Under the pieces are notes generated by a model. It did not search any database. It saw only the letters and a program-made list of their open reading frames with translations, and was not told where the DNA came from. From Gemmatimonadota bacterium (GTDB lineage: Bacteria > Latescibacterota > UBA2968 > UBA8231), in assembly GCA_038153405.1 (NCBI GenBank), contig JAYOYH010000036.1, positions 1-47,882 of the forward strand: a stretch of DNA of 47,882 nucleotides, in the 5' to 3' direction. Both the position numbers and the translations under genes were made by a program. Shown here one piece after another: positions 19,369 to 30,361 of the stretch (position 1 is its first letter; each line of letters opens with the position of its first letter).

Positions 19369-21203
19369 ACCGCGTTTTAGATCTGAGTGAGCGCCTGTCG
19401 GTGCTGCCGATCATCTACGGCAGCGGCGATTTCGCCATCGAGGTGCGCCGGCGTTTGCTCGCCTATAGCCCCGACTGCGTAGCTGTGGCGCTGCCGCCCT
19501 CCTTTGCCGATGCCGTAGAGCGCGGGGTGGAGCAGCTGCCAGCCATTTCGGTGGCCCTGCAGCGCGAGGTGACGCTGGAAGGCGACTATAACTTCGTGCC
19601 CATCGATCCATGTCAGGGCGTCATCGCCGCGCTGCGCGCGGCTCTCGATTTGGATGCCGATCGCGCCTACGTCGATTTGGAAGTCGAAACCTACGAAGAG
19701 CAGGGATTTGTCCTTCCCGACCCCTATGCGGTAAAAGACGTCGCTTTTGAGCGCTTTCTCGCTGCCCTCTTGCCCGCGCTGCCCCAACCCGCAGATGGGG
19801 GACAGCGACAGGCGCGCATCCGCCGCATGGCCTACGAGCTGCATCGCCTCGAATTGGAGTACGAGCGCATCGCCTTTGTCTGTTCGGTGGCCGACTGGCC
19901 CTGGATACGCCAGGCCTATGGACAGCGGTCTACCTACGCAAAGCACCAGCGCGTCGGCAGCATGCCCGAGTGCCGCAGGGTGGCCGCTGACAGCCTCTAT
20001 TTTGTGCTGGGCGAGTTGCCCTACATTACCCATATGTACGAGCATCGGCGCGCGGAAATGGTCGCCGACGCGACGCTGGCCGTCGACGGCATCAAACTCC
20101 TGCTCATCGAGGCGCGCGATGCGTGGGCTGCCGCGCAGGAACTGGGCGATAATCACTGGCTTGGACCGCAGCAAATGGGCCTGTTGCTCAAGTACGTGCG
20201 CAACCTGACCCTGCTCGACGGTCGCCTGACGCCGGACTTATACAATTTGATGCTGGCGGCCAAGCAGGTCGGCGGCGACGACTATGCACTGGCTCTGCTC
20301 GATGTGGCCTGCGACTATCCGCCTCAGCGTTTAGGAGTGGAAGAAGACGCGCTGGGTATGGGTATCGGGCAACTGGTAGACGAAGATGGCGTTCCGCACA
20401 GGGCCAAAAATCGCCTGCAGGGCGCGCCGCGCATCTGGCGCAGTTTGCCGCTCAAACCCAATCCGCCACCGCCGCAAAAGCAGCAGTGGAGCCAGGAGTG
20501 GGATCCCTTTGGCCAATGCTCCTATCTGCCCGAGGATCTGCGCATTGAGCGCTTTCAACAGCACGTGCGCGAACAGGCGCGCATTCTGCTGGGCGAGGAT
20601 CAGGCTAGGGTCGAGAAGTTTAGCTCTTCGCTCAAGGACGGGCTGGACCTGCGCGAAACGCTGCGCAACTGGCACACCGGCGATCTCTACGTGCGCGAAT
20701 GGCCGGTCGTACGCGGCACCGTTGAGGTGGTTGTTTTTCTCTTTGACTCCCCAGCTGACCCGCAGCGCTACACGTGGCAGAGCACCTGGTACGCCGAGCA
20801 CAGCGAAGAATCGACGCTGGCATTTTTTGCCACGCCCTTCATCGACAATATGGTCGGACCGGGCATTGGACAGGCCGTGTACGGCGGGTGCTCGTTTCTA
20901 TTTCCGCCGCGTCCCATTGCCGATATTTGGCGTGACGAGCGCTTAGACTTTGCGCGCACATTGGAAGAGCGTCTGCTGGCCGGCGCGCTGATCAATTCGC
21001 AAGAAAAGAGGGTGGTGCTCGTTGCCGCCTCGCCACCCCAGCCGCGCTGGCGCCGCCTAGCGCGCGAAATGGGACGGCATATTGTCTACATCCCACTCAA
21101 ACGCTTTTCCGCGGCAACAATTGATCGCCTGAGGCGTTTTCACGTGCTCAACGGCAAGGATGTGCGCTCCTATGCGGCGCGCTTTATACGGGACATGCGC
21201 TGA
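19365..21203 (+). CDS. Conserved hypothetical MoxR partner protein (TraB/DUF5682-like N-terminus, degenerate VWA-like C-terminus)
   Basis: ATGA-coupled to the AAA+ gene. N-terminus [25 protein letters not shown]-terminal [11 protein letters not shown] followed by VVVFLFD. Confidence 0.65.
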   Translation: MNRVLDLSERLSVLPIIYGSGDFAIEVRRRLLAYSPDCVAVALPPSFADAVERGVEQLPAISVALQREVTLEGDYNFVPIDPCQGVIAALRAALDLDADRAYVDLEVETYEEQGFVLPDPYAVKDVAFERFLAALLPALPQPADGGQRQARIRRMAYELHRLELEYERIAFVCSVADWPWIRQAYGQRSTYAKHQRVGSMPECRRVAADSLYFVLGELPYITHMYEHRRAEMVADATLAVDGIKLLLIEARDAWAAAQELGDNHWLGPQQMGLLLKYVRNLTLLDGRLTPDLYNLMLAAKQVGGDDYALALLDVACDYPPQRLGVEEDALGMGIGQLVDEDGVPHRAKNRLQGAPRIWRSLPLKPNPPPPQKQQWSQEWDPFGQCSYLPEDLRIERFQQHVREQARILLGEDQARVEKFSSSLKDGLDLRETLRNWHTGDLYVREWPVVRGTVEVVVFLFDSPADPQRYTWQSTWYAEHSEESTLAFFATPFIDNMVGPGIGQAVYGGCSFLFPPRPIADIWRDERLDFARTLEERLLAGALINSQEKRVVLVAASPPQPRWRRLAREMGRHIVYIPLKRFSAATIDRLRRFHVLNGKDVRSYAARFIRDMR

Positions 21204-21304
21204 GGGTAGGCCGCAGCGCTTATTGACACCACCTGCCGTCTTTTTCACCTTTTTTACCGCAAACCCCATATGGAGTACGTGATCAGAGAAGAAAGAGGTG
21301 TCCA

Positions 21305-22129
21305 TTGCGCATAATCGATCCACACGTTCACGTTTGGAAAAACGATCCCGCTTTTCCGTGGCCGGCTGAAAACAACAGGCCGCCGAGCGAGGATCGGACG
21401 GCTGAAGATCTGCTCGGACTCATGGAGGCACACGGGGTAGAAAAGACGGTGCTAGTGCAGGTCATCCACTATCGCTGGGACAACAGCTACGTAGCCGATG
21501 TCATCAAGCGCTACCCCGATAAGTTCATGGGAGTGGGGCGCGTCAACCCGGAAGATCCGGCCGCGGCCGACCACGTCAGCATGTGGACCGAGGAGCACGG
21601 CCTGCACGGAGTGCGCCTGAGTCCGGCGCGCGACGCCAGCGACGATTGGTTCAGCAGCCCGGCGATGGATCCGATCTTTGCCCGCGCGCAGGCGCTGGGC
21701 ATACCCATGCTCATTCTGACCGGACCCAAGCGCCTGCCCGATTTAGCGCGCCTGCTGGATAAATACCCCGAATTGGACACCGTTATCGACCACATGGCCG
21801 ATGTGCATCCCGACGATGCGGAGGGGCGCAGCATGCTCAAGGACATGGCGCGCTACCCGCGCGTCTACGTCAAGATCAGCCACACCTGGTCCATTTCCCA
21901 ACACCCCTATCCTTGGAGCGACACGCACGACTTGGTGCAGGAGGTATACCAGAACTTTGGCGCACAGCGCATTTCGTGGGGGACGGACTGGCCCGTATCG
22001 CTGAGCAAGGCCGAATACGGGCAAACGCTTTCCGCAGTGCGCGACGAAATGAAGTTTTTTAGCGCGGAGGACTTGGAGTGGGTTCTGGGCAAGACGGCGT
22101 TGAAACTGTGGAACTTCGGAGAGAAATAA
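21305..22129 (+). CDS. Amidohydrolase_2 family protein (sugar lactonase-like)
   Basis: IIDPHVHVW, VIDHM, YVKIS, WGTDWP. TTG start after an AGAGGT RBS. Confidence 0.85.
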   Translation: MRIIDPHVHVWKNDPAFPWPAENNRPPSEDRTAEDLLGLMEAHGVEKTVLVQVIHYRWDNSYVADVIKRYPDKFMGVGRVNPEDPAAADHVSMWTEEHGLHGVRLSPARDASDDWFSSPAMDPIFARAQALGIPMLILTGPKRLPDLARLLDKYPELDTVIDHMADVHPDDAEGRSMLKDMARYPRVYVKISHTWSISQHPYPWSDTHDLVQEVYQNFGAQRISWGTDWPVSLSKAEYGQTLSAVRDEMKFFSAEDLEWVLGKTALKLWNFGEK

Positions 22130-22130
22130 C

Positions 22131-23000
22131 ATGCCAATAAATATTGGAATTATCGGAGCGGAAAACAGCCACACCGCGGCGATCGGCAAACTCATCAATG
22201 TCGAAAAGCGCATTCCCGGCGTGCGCGTCACGCACGTGTGGGGCGAGACTGGGGCGCTGGCCCGCAAAGCGGCGGAGGTCGCGCAGATCCCGCATATTGT
22301 CAAACACCCGGGGGATATGGTCGGCCAAGTGGAAGGGGCCTGTGTCGATCACCGCCACGGCAAATACCATCTGCCGGCGGTAAAGCCGCTGCTGGAGGCC
22401 AAGATTCCCCTCTTTGTCGACAAGCCCTTCTGCTACAGGAAGGCCGAGGGCAAGCGCTTTCTGGCGCGCGCCGAGGCGCTGGGCGTGCCGGTATGTTCCT
22501 ATTCTGTGCTGCCCAAGCAGCAGTCCTTTATCGACTTTAAACGCAAGGTGCGCGAACTGGGTGCAATCTACTCGTTGGTATCTACCGGCCCCTGCGATAT
22601 CCAATCGAAGTATGGCGGCATTTTTTTCTATGGGATTCATCAGGTCGATATGGTGCTCAATATCTTGGGCTACGATATGGCTCACGCAGAGGTCGTGCGC
22701 GGCGCGGGTAAAAATCACGCGGGCGTAATTACCTTCAAGAATGGCACCGTGGCCTCGATGAATTTAGTCGGGGCGGGTTCGGCCGGCTTTCACCTGAGTG
22801 CGGTGGGGGAAAAGGGGCGTCTGGATGCCTACATCACGTACGACGAGAATACCTACCTGACGGGAACGCGCACGTTCTGCCGCATGTTTAAAACGGGCAA
22901 GACGACCGAAACGGCCGAGACGATGCTCGGTCCGGTGGCTGCACTTGAAGCGTTAGAGAAATCAATTGCCAAAGGAAGACGGGTAAAAATTACTCTATAG
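22131..23000 (+). CDS. Gfo/Idh/MocA family oxidoreductase
   Basis: [20 protein letters not shown] motifs. Confidence 0.8.
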   Translation: MPINIGIIGAENSHTAAIGKLINVEKRIPGVRVTHVWGETGALARKAAEVAQIPHIVKHPGDMVGQVEGACVDHRHGKYHLPAVKPLLEAKIPLFVDKPFCYRKAEGKRFLARAEALGVPVCSYSVLPKQQSFIDFKRKVRELGAIYSLVSTGPCDIQSKYGGIFFYGIHQVDMVLNILGYDMAHAEVVRGAGKNHAGVITFKNGTVASMNLVGAGSAGFHLSAVGEKGRLDAYITYDENTYLTGTRTFCRMFKTGKTTETAETMLGPVAALEALEKSIAKGRRVKITL

Positions 23001-23011
23001 GAGAATGGACG

Positions 23012-24382
23012 ATGGATACCATTAAGATTCAACTCGAAGACAGCGATATTCCCCAGCAGTGGTATAACATTGCCGCAGACTTTAAAACGCCGATGCCGCC
23101 GCCGCTCCATCCCGGCACCGGCCAACCGGTGGGGCCGGACGCGCTGGCACCGCTCTTTCCCATGGCGTTAATCCAGCAAGAGGTCTCGCAGGAGCGCTGG
23201 ATAGAAATCCCCGACGAGGTGCGCCAGGTGCTAGCCCAGTGGCGGCCTTCGCCGCTCTATCGCGCTCGCCGACTGGAAAAGGCGCTCGACACGCCGGCGC
23301 GCATCTACTACAAGTGGGAGGGCGTCAGCCCGTCGGGAAGCCACAAGCCCAACACGGCCGTGGCACAGGCCTTCTACAACCGCGAAGAGGGCATCAAGCG
23401 CATAACCACCGAGACCGGCGCCGGTCAGTGGGGCACGGCGCTATCGTATGCCTGTCAGCTCTTTGGCATCGAGTGCCAGGTCTATATGGTGCGCATCAGC
23501 TTTGAGCAAAAGCCCTACCGCAAGGCGGTGATCGAAACCTATGGTGGCAACGTCGTGCCCAGCCCCAGCGACCGCACCGAGGCCGGCCGAAAAATCCTAG
23601 CGGCTGACCCCGATTCGCCGGGTTCGCTGGGCATTGCCATCTCGGAGGCCGTCGAGGATGCGGTGATGCGCGAAGACACCCACTACTCGCTTGGTTCGGT
23701 TCTCAACCACGTGCTGCTGCACCAGACAGTGATCGGGTTAGAAGCCGAAAAACAACTCGAGCGCGCCGGTGAATCACTGCCTGATATCGTCGTCGGCTGC
23801 TTTGGTGGCGGATCGAACTTCGCCGGCTTTGCCTTTCCCTTCTTACGTCACAAAATCGCCGGTGACCAGAGCGCTATGCGCGTAATCGCCTGCGAACCGG
23901 CGTCGTGCCCGACGCTGACCAAGGGCGAGTATCGCTATGACTTTGGCGACGCTATTGGCATGACGCCGCTGATGCCGATGCACACGCTGGGACACAACTT
24001 TGTGCCGGCCAAGATACACGCCGGTGGACTGCGCTACCACGGGGCGGCTCCCCTGGTCAGCCACGCGCTGCGCAGCGGCGATATCGAAGCGCGCGCCTAC
24101 CACCAGATCGAGTGCTTTGATGCCGGCGTGCAGTTTGCGCGCACCGAGGGCATCGTGCCGGCGCCGGAAGCCAACCACGTAGTCAAGGGCGCCATTGACG
24201 AGGCGCTGCGCTGTAGGGAAAGCGGCGAGTCGAAGTCCATTGCCTTTAACCTGTGCGGACACGGCCATTTCGACATGGCGGCCTATCAGGCCTATTTTGC
24301 CGGTCAGTTACAGCAGCACGAGTTTACCGATGAGATGCTGCAGGAGAATATGCAGGCTCTGGCCGAACTACCCACGCTCTAA
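23012..24382 (+). CDS. trpB: Tryptophan synthase beta chain-like PLP enzyme, TrpB2 type
   Basis: IPQQWYN, GSHKPN (PLP lysine), [29 protein letters not shown]. No trpA adjacent. Confidence 0.92.
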   Translation: MDTIKIQLEDSDIPQQWYNIAADFKTPMPPPLHPGTGQPVGPDALAPLFPMALIQQEVSQERWIEIPDEVRQVLAQWRPSPLYRARRLEKALDTPARIYYKWEGVSPSGSHKPNTAVAQAFYNREEGIKRITTETGAGQWGTALSYACQLFGIECQVYMVRISFEQKPYRKAVIETYGGNVVPSPSDRTEAGRKILAADPDSPGSLGIAISEAVEDAVMREDTHYSLGSVLNHVLLHQTVIGLEAEKQLERAGESLPDIVVGCFGGGSNFAGFAFPFLRHKIAGDQSAMRVIACEPASCPTLTKGEYRYDFGDAIGMTPLMPMHTLGHNFVPAKIHAGGLRYHGAAPLVSHALRSGDIEARAYHQIECFDAGVQFARTEGIVPAPEANHVVKGAIDEALRCRESGESKSIAFNLCGHGHFDMAAYQAYFAGQLQQHEFTDEMLQENMQALAELPTL

Positions 24383-24412
24383 TCAAATAATGATGAATCA
24401 GAAAGGATTGAA

Positions 24413-25543
24413 ATGGCACTGAAGTTAAAATCGGCGACAGAGACCCGCTACGACGCCATTGCCCTCGGCGAGGTGATGATGCGCATAGACCCGGGGCAGG
24501 TGCCCACCGCGCGCGCGCGCAATGCGCGTATTTGGCACGGTGGGGGTGAGACCAACGTGGCTGAAGGGCTGAGTTATTGTTTTGGCTTGCGGGCGGCGGT
24601 GGTAACGGCGCTGGTCGACGACGGCATCGGGCGCAATATCGAGAACCAGCTGCGCGAAGCGGGTCTCGACACCTCGCATATCGTCTGGTTCAACAACGGC
24701 GGCAAGGGTGCGTTTAGCACCGACGGCAAGGGCACCCTGCACAACGGCATCAATTTTACCTGGGCGGGCAAGGGCCTGCTGCCCTCGGTCACGGAGTACT
24801 ACCGCGCCCACACGCCCGTGCGCGAAGTGGGGCCTGGTGACATCGATTGGGATACTCTCTTTGGCCAATTGGGCACGCGCTGGTTCAGCACGGGCGGCAT
24901 CTACACGCTGCTCTCGCCCAAAACCGCAGACCTGGCTTTGGAGGCGATGAAAAAGGCGGGCGAGTACGGGGCTGGTCGTTCCTTTGATCTGAACTATCGC
25001 TCCAAGGTCGAACCGAGCAAAGACCGGGCACGTGAAATTAACAAGTCCATCGTGCCGCACGTCGAGTTTCTCGTCGGCAACCAAGATGACTTTGACGATG
25101 CGCTGGGCTACGAGACGGAAAAAGTGCCGAAAGATGCTTCGTTCGAGGTCTGGTTAGACATCTACACCAAAATGCTGCGCCAGGTCTCGCAGGATTATCC
25201 CAACCTCAAGTATATCGGCACCCAACTGCGCGGCGCGCTGAGCGCCGATCGCATCAACTGGGGCGCCGTGCTCTACGACGTCGAAGCCGATGTGATTCAT
25301 CAAGCCGCCGTGCGCGAAAATATAGAAATTGCCGACCGCACGGGCGGCGGCGATTCCTTTGCATCGGGCATTATCGCCGCGCTGCTCAAGGGCAAAGAGC
25401 CGGCCGAGGCGGTGCAGTGGGGCGCTGCCCACGGCATCCTAGTACAGGAGACTATTGGCGATACGTCGATGGTCAAGCAGGACGATGTCGAAAAAGAAGT
25501 TTCGCGCGCGCTCAAGGGCGGCGGCGTCTCGGCCCTGCGCTAG
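24413..25543 (+). CDS. kdgK: PfkB family sugar kinase, 2-dehydro-3-deoxygluconokinase-like
   Basis: LGEVMMR, GGGETNVA, FDLNYR, DRTGGGDSFASG. Confidence 0.78.
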   Translation: MALKLKSATETRYDAIALGEVMMRIDPGQVPTARARNARIWHGGGETNVAEGLSYCFGLRAAVVTALVDDGIGRNIENQLREAGLDTSHIVWFNNGGKGAFSTDGKGTLHNGINFTWAGKGLLPSVTEYYRAHTPVREVGPGDIDWDTLFGQLGTRWFSTGGIYTLLSPKTADLALEAMKKAGEYGAGRSFDLNYRSKVEPSKDRAREINKSIVPHVEFLVGNQDDFDDALGYETEKVPKDASFEVWLDIYTKMLRQVSQDYPNLKYIGTQLRGALSADRINWGAVLYDVEADVIHQAAVRENIEIADRTGGGDSFASGIIAALLKGKEPAEAVQWGAAHGILVQETIGDTSMVKQDDVEKEVSRALKGGGVSALR

Positions 25544-25553
25544 GAGAACGACC

Positions 25554-26576
25554 ATGCGATTACACGCAGCGAGTGCAGCACTTTGCCTTGCTCTGACTTG
25601 TGTGGCGGCCGCCGAGGTCACCGTGCAGAAGGTCGAGTACAAGGGCTGGTCCGATGCCGTTCAGCTGAGCAACGGGGAGGTCCAATTGGTCGTCGTGCCG
25701 CAGATCGGCCGCATTATGCACTACGGCTTTGCAGGCGGGGAAAACATCCTTTGGTCGGATCCACAGTTTCACGGCCGCACGCTGCCGGGGGGCGAACCCT
25801 CAAAAGACGAAGAGGGTCAATATACTTGGACCAACTTCGGCGGCGACAAGGTGTGGCCCAACCAGCAAAGTGAATTTGCCGATATCAACGGGCACGCCTG
25901 GCCGCCCGATCACGCTTTTGACGGCGGCGCGCACGAGGTCCAACTGCTCGAGGACGGCGTAGTGATCACCAGTCCAGTCAGCGCGTATAACGGCGCCCGC
26001 AGCATACGCACTATTCGCCTGGCTGCTGAAGGGACGCGCGTCGACATTCACCAAGCCATTGAAAAGGTGGCCCGTGCGCAGCGCCAAGATTTGGAGCCGC
26101 TGCGCTACACCATCTGGAACGTCACGCAGATCAACCCGCCAGAGCAGACGCTGTATCCGCTCAATCCGCACAGCCATTTTGATATGCGCTACTTTCCCTT
26201 TGGCTTTGCGCAGAGCGCGGCGGTGCGCAACTTCACGATTAAAGGCGATACCGGCATTTTCGTTCCCGACGCGGAGGAAAACCAGAAGACCGGGGCCGAC
26301 TCCGACCGTTGGCTAGCCGGGATTGTCGGCGATGTCGTGCTGGCCGAGTTTTTCCGCCGCGACGCCACCCAGCGCTATCCAGATGGTGGGTTGAGTGCCG
26401 AAGTGTATACTTGCCCGGACTATACGGAACTCGAGCTGCTCAGCCCGTGGGTCTACTTGGAGGTAGGCGATGTGCTCGAGCATCCCATTGCTTGGGAATT
26501 GCTCAAACTGCCGGCATCGGCCGACTCGCCCGATGCGCGTCGGCAGGCCGCTCTGGAGTGGCTGTCCCAAAAATAA
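25554..26576 (+). CDS. Secreted DUF4380-like / galactose-mutarotase-fold protein
   Basis: ATG 25554 after AGGAG. Signal peptide (AAA/EV), VVPQIGRIMHY, NFGGDKVWP, YTELELLSP. Confidence 0.7.
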   Translation: MRLHAASAALCLALTCVAAAEVTVQKVEYKGWSDAVQLSNGEVQLVVVPQIGRIMHYGFAGGENILWSDPQFHGRTLPGGEPSKDEEGQYTWTNFGGDKVWPNQQSEFADINGHAWPPDHAFDGGAHEVQLLEDGVVITSPVSAYNGARSIRTIRLAAEGTRVDIHQAIEKVARAQRQDLEPLRYTIWNVTQINPPEQTLYPLNPHSHFDMRYFPFGFAQSAAVRNFTIKGDTGIFVPDAEENQKTGADSDRWLAGIVGDVVLAEFFRRDATQRYPDGGLSAEVYTCPDYTELELLSPWVYLEVGDVLEHPIAWELLKLPASADSPDARRQAALEWLSQK

Positions 26577-26598
26577 CCAGTAGAATGCACTGCGAATC

Positions 26599-26638
26599 AT
26601 TGCCGGCGTCGCTCTTTTGCGATGCCGGCAATTTTTTT
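26599..26638 (+). terminator. Rho-independent terminator
   Basis: ATTGCCGGCGTCGC / GCGATGCCGGCAAT 14-bp stem (one G-U) followed by a T run, 22 nt after the stop at 26576. Confidence 0.85.
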
Positions 26639-26696
26639 GTCGGGAGCGGGGTGGAGCTATTGGCGCGAGTCAGGGCAGCAACGTTCTTCTGTATTC

Positions 26697-27992
26697 ATGC
26701 ACATCTCTTGGAAGCGAAACTTTTACACCCTGTGGTGCGCCGAGCTCTTTGCCATAATCGGCTTTCACGCCGTGCAGCCCTTTTTGGCCTATTACGTGCA
26801 GGAGTTTGACGTAGAGAACCTCGAAGAAGCGCTGCTGTGGTCGGGCTATATGGGCTCGGTGGCCGGCTTTGCAATGGCCCTATCTTCGCCGGTTTGGGGG
26901 GCGCTGGCAGACCGCTTTGGTCGCAAGAGCATGGTTGTGCGCTCTATGATCGGCGGTGGGTTGACCGTGTTTTTTATGGCTTATGCCGACAGCGTTATGG
27001 AACTCCTCGTCGCGCGCATGCTGCAGGGGGCTCTAGCCGGCACTGTGACGGCCTGTATTACCATGGTATCGACGACCACCCCCAAGCAGCATCTGGGCTA
27101 TGCCATGGGGATGATGCAGGGGGCCTTTCTGCTCGGGGCCGCGTTGGGACCCTTAGCCGGTGGCCCCTTTATCGAAGCATACGGTTACCACGCGAGCTTT
27201 TTAGTCTCGGGGGCAATGGTGGTAGCCGCTGGCATTGCCGTCCAGCTGTTGGTGCGCGAAGATTTTGTCGCCAGAGACGATGGCGCAGAAGCCGGTGGGG
27301 AAGCCGAGGGCGGCGGTATACACCACTTCTTTGCCGACACGGCGCGCCTACTCCACATCAAGCCGTTTATGACCACGCTGGTCTGCCTAATTCTGATCCA
27401 ATTCGCCTACGGCGTCATCATGCCCGTCGTGCCGCTGTTCCTGCAACAGTTGGCCGGTCACACGGAAATCATTTCGGAGGCCGGCATAATTTTTTCGCTC
27501 ATGAGCTTAACCGGAGCGCTGTCGTCGGCGCTAATGGGAAAACGGGCGCAGCAGATTGGCGTTCAGCGCATGCTCTTTGGCGGTTTAATGGCAACGGCGC
27601 TCTTTCTCGTGCTGCAGGGCAGTGCCGCCAGCGTGATGGCGTTTGCCATTCTACAGGTTATGGGTGGATTTACGACCGGGGCCGTGCGGCCTGTGGCCAA
27701 TACCATCGTCACGTTTGTCGTCGACGAAGTAGACCGGGGCAAGGCATTTGGCATTATGACGAGCGCGTCGGCGCTGGGCTGGGCGCTGGGCCCGTCAGTG
27801 GGCGGCTATATCGGCTCGTCGTGGGGATTTCGCAGTGCCTTCTATGCGACGGCGCTGCTCTTTGTTGGGGTGGCGCTGTGGTCGCGCTGGTCGATGCGTG
27901 ATTTGGTATTACAGGAAGAAGCCGAGCATCCAGTGAAGAGCAATCCGAGGCTTCGGGAGCGCTTGCGCGCGTTGCGGCAGCGCCGCAAATAG
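26697..27992 (+). CDS. MFS transporter (DHA1/MdtG-like)
   Basis: Start MHISWKRNF at 26697. Motif A WGALADRFGRK; about 12 TM segments. Confidence 0.9.
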   Translation: MHISWKRNFYTLWCAELFAIIGFHAVQPFLAYYVQEFDVENLEEALLWSGYMGSVAGFAMALSSPVWGALADRFGRKSMVVRSMIGGGLTVFFMAYADSVMELLVARMLQGALAGTVTACITMVSTTTPKQHLGYAMGMMQGAFLLGAALGPLAGGPFIEAYGYHASFLVSGAMVVAAGIAVQLLVREDFVARDDGAEAGGEAEGGGIHHFFADTARLLHIKPFMTTLVCLILIQFAYGVIMPVVPLFLQQLAGHTEIISEAGIIFSLMSLTGALSSALMGKRAQQIGVQRMLFGGLMATALFLVLQGSAASVMAFAILQVMGGFTTGAVRPVANTIVTFVVDEVDRGKAFGIMTSASALGWALGPSVGGYIGSSWGFRSAFYATALLFVGVALWSRWSMRDLVLQEEAEHPVKSNPRLRERLRALRQRRK

Positions 27993-27996
27993 CTCA

Positions 27997-28029
27997 GGGC
28001 CGGCAGGCAGAGGGTGCGCCCGCCGGCCC
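27997..28029. terminator. Hairpin between convergent genes (possible terminator)
   Basis: GGGCCGGCAGGC / GCCCGCCGGCCC 12-bp stem with one mismatch. No clear U tract. Confidence 0.4.
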
Positions 28030-28046
28030 CGCTATGCGGTGGTATC

Positions 28047-28973
28047 CTATTTTTTGCCGGCCCCCTTGCGACCGGGAAAGGTTAGCTCGGCTACGCCGGA
28101 CTTATCCAATTCACCGAGACCGATCTTCTTCATGCGGTCGAACTGGCCTTTGGCGGCGGTGGCCAGCGGTAAGCTGAGGCCTTCTTGCTTGGCTAGCTGC
28201 AGGGCAATGCCGGAGTCTTTGGCGGCGTGGGCGGCGGAAAAATAGCATTCGTGATCGCGGGCGACCATATCTTCGCCGTCCGTCTCCAATACGCGCGAAT
28301 TGGCCCCAGTCTGCGAAAAGACGTTCATTAGCACCTTTAAATCTAGGCCCAGTGACTTGCCGAGTCCGAGCCCTTCTGCCAGACCGGCCGTATTGATATT
28401 CATCACCATATTGACGAGTGCCTTAACCTGAGCTGCTTGTCCTGCCGTGCCAATGTAGCGCAGGTTTACGCTGAGGGCGTCGAGAACGGGCCGCACCTTG
28501 TTAAAGACGCTGCGCTTGCCGCCGCACATCAGATAGAGCGTGCCCTTGCGGGCTTGGGTAATGCTGGATGCCATACAGCCTTCCAGCGAAGAGGCACCGA
28601 CGGCTTCGGCGCGCTTTTCCACTTCGACGTGCGTGGCCGGAGAGATCGTGGCGCAGTTGATGAATACCTTGCCCTTAGCATCGGTGAGCAGCGAATCGCC
28701 GCGCGTCGAAAAAATGGAGCGCATGGCCGCATCGTCGGTCACGACGGTGAGCACGACGTCGGAAGCGGCCGTCACTTCCGCCAGCGTGTTGGCCGCCTGG
28801 CAATTTAGCTCTTTGGCCAGCGCGCGCGCGCCGCGGGCGTTGGCGTCGTATACGGCGCTGATGGTAAAGCGCTTGTCGACTAGGTTTCTCGCCATATTGG
28901 CACCCATGCGGCCGACGCCGACCACGCCGATCTTGAAGTCTTTTTTCTTGGCGCTCGAATTCCTTTTTGCCAT
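28047..28973 (-). CDS. Beta-hydroxyacid dehydrogenase (3-hydroxyisobutyrate/tartronate semialdehyde reductase family)
   Basis: GVGRMG, VKALVN (catalytic Lys), HAAKD, GELDKSG. Confidence 0.88.
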   Translation of the reverse strand: MAKRNSSAKKKDFKIGVVGVGRMGANMARNLVDKRFTISAVYDANARGARALAKELNCQAANTLAEVTAASDVVLTVVTDDAAMRSIFSTRGDSLLTDAKGKVFINCATISPATHVEVEKRAEAVGASSLEGCMASSITQARKGTLYLMCGGKRSVFNKVRPVLDALSVNLRYIGTAGQAAQVKALVNMVMNINTAGLAEGLGLGKSLGLDLKVLMNVFSQTGANSRVLETDGEDMVARDHECYFSAAHAAKDSGIALQLAKQEGLSLPLATAAKGQFDRMKKIGLGELDKSGVAELTFPGRKGAGKK

Positions 28974-29071
28974 TATTAATCTCCTCGCAAAAGGGGTGGG
29001 TAGAACGCCATGAAGATAGGACCAGTTAGAAAGATTATCAACTGCACAACGCGCGCTGAAAAGGGCGTAAA

Positions 29072-29530
29072 ATGCGAGGGTTCAGCGTGATTTCACCGTT
29101 GGGTGCGGCCATATTGGTCGTCGCTTTCACCGTGTTGGTTTGGACGTTTTTGTGGATGGCTCGGCTCATGGCTCGCCGTGCGCAAATGAGGCAAGCGCCC
29201 GCGCCATCGCCGGCCGTCGACCAAGAGGTTGCAGCGGGGCCCACGCGCATACGTGGACGCGGCTACGGAGCCAATTACGGCCTGATGTTGGGGCTCGTGG
29301 CGTGTGGAGCCTTTTTCGTCTGGCCGTCGCCCTTGCTGCTGGCGGTTGCGGTCGTGGGCCTGTTCTACAGTGGTCGCTCGCTGGTGCGCGGTCTGCGCTA
29401 CTTTCGCGTAATCGTGTGGCGCGCGCTGCTGGGCGTGCTGCTAAACGCGGCGCTGCCGCTGATGCTCTTTCTCTACGATACCGGTCGCTGGCCACTGCCC
29501 ATGCTGGACGCGGGGCTCGGACTGGTATAG
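29072..29530 (+). CDS. Hypothetical membrane protein
   Basis: About four hydrophobic segments; fills the gap upstream of the next operon. Start uncertain (ATG 29072 or GTG 29087). Confidence 0.6.
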   Translation: MRGFSVISPLGAAILVVAFTVLVWTFLWMARLMARRAQMRQAPAPSPAVDQEVAAGPTRIRGRGYGANYGLMLGLVACGAFFVWPSPLLLAVAVVGLFYSGRSLVRGLRYFRVIVWRALLGVLLNAALPLMLFLYDTGRWPLPMLDAGLGLV

Positions 29531-29555
29531 TTTCTGCAACCGGGGAGATTATGCG

Positions 29556-30347
29556 ATGAAAATTGGCATTACGCAGATCATATTGGGAGACACCTCGCTG
29601 GGCGATACGCTGGCCCTGTGCGCGGAGGCCGGCTACGAAGCCGTAGAGCTGGTCTTTGCCGAAGACAAGGATCTGCGCGTGGATATGAGCGCTGGCCAAT
29701 TGGATGGAGTTGCTGCGGCCTGCCGGTCGGCCGGAGTCGATATCGCCAGCGTAATCGCCCAACCCCAAGCGCGCGGCAATTTGCTCAGCCCCGACGCCGA
29801 TGAGCGCGCGCTGTGCGTCGCGCGCCTGCGCCGTTCGGTTGAGATCGCCGGGGCACTGGGCGTTGACGCCGTGCTGCTGCATCCCGGTCAGCTCAGCGCC
29901 GATGCCAGCTACCAACAGGCGTGGGACGGACTATGTGCGGCGCTGAGCGCCCTGGTCCCTTTTGCCGAAGAGCAGGGCGTTTGTATCGGCGTTGAGAACG
30001 TGTGGAATAAATTCCTGCTGAGCCCTCGCGAAGCGCGCCTCTTGGTCGATGAGGTCGGCAGCGAGTGCGTCGGCATATATCTCGACACCGCCAATATGAT
30101 GGCCTACGGTTATCCCGAACAGTGGATACGCGAGCTCGGGCCGCGCATAAAAAAAGTGCATTTCAAAGATTATGTGCGCCGCGAACACCGCTTTGTAAAC
30201 CTATTGGACGGCGATACTGACTGGCCGGCAATCATGCGCGAGCTGCGCGCCATAGGCTACGACGATTCGCTCATTCACGAGGTGGGGGGCACGCGCGACG
30301 AACTGGTCGATTTGGGCGAGCGCATGCGGCGCATCGTCGCTATGTAA
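29556..30347 (+). CDS. Sugar phosphate isomerase/epimerase (xylose isomerase-like TIM barrel)
   Basis: GVENVWNKFLLSP, YLDTAN, VHFKD, GDTDW, IHE metal ligands. Confidence 0.88.
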   Translation: MKIGITQIILGDTSLGDTLALCAEAGYEAVELVFAEDKDLRVDMSAGQLDGVAAACRSAGVDIASVIAQPQARGNLLSPDADERALCVARLRRSVEIAGALGVDAVLLHPGQLSADASYQQAWDGLCAALSALVPFAEEQGVCIGVENVWNKFLLSPREARLLVDEVGSECVGIYLDTANMMAYGYPEQWIRELGPRIKKVHFKDYVRREHRFVNLLDGDTDWPAIMRELRAIGYDDSLIHEVGGTRDELVDLGERMRRIVAM

Positions 30348-30361
30348 GAGGAGGACGGACT

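Noticed and set aside
21223..21251. TTGACA-17-CACCTT possible sigma70 promoter
   Set aside because: The -35 is perfect but the -10 is weak and overlaps a possible terminator-like T run, so it was not called.
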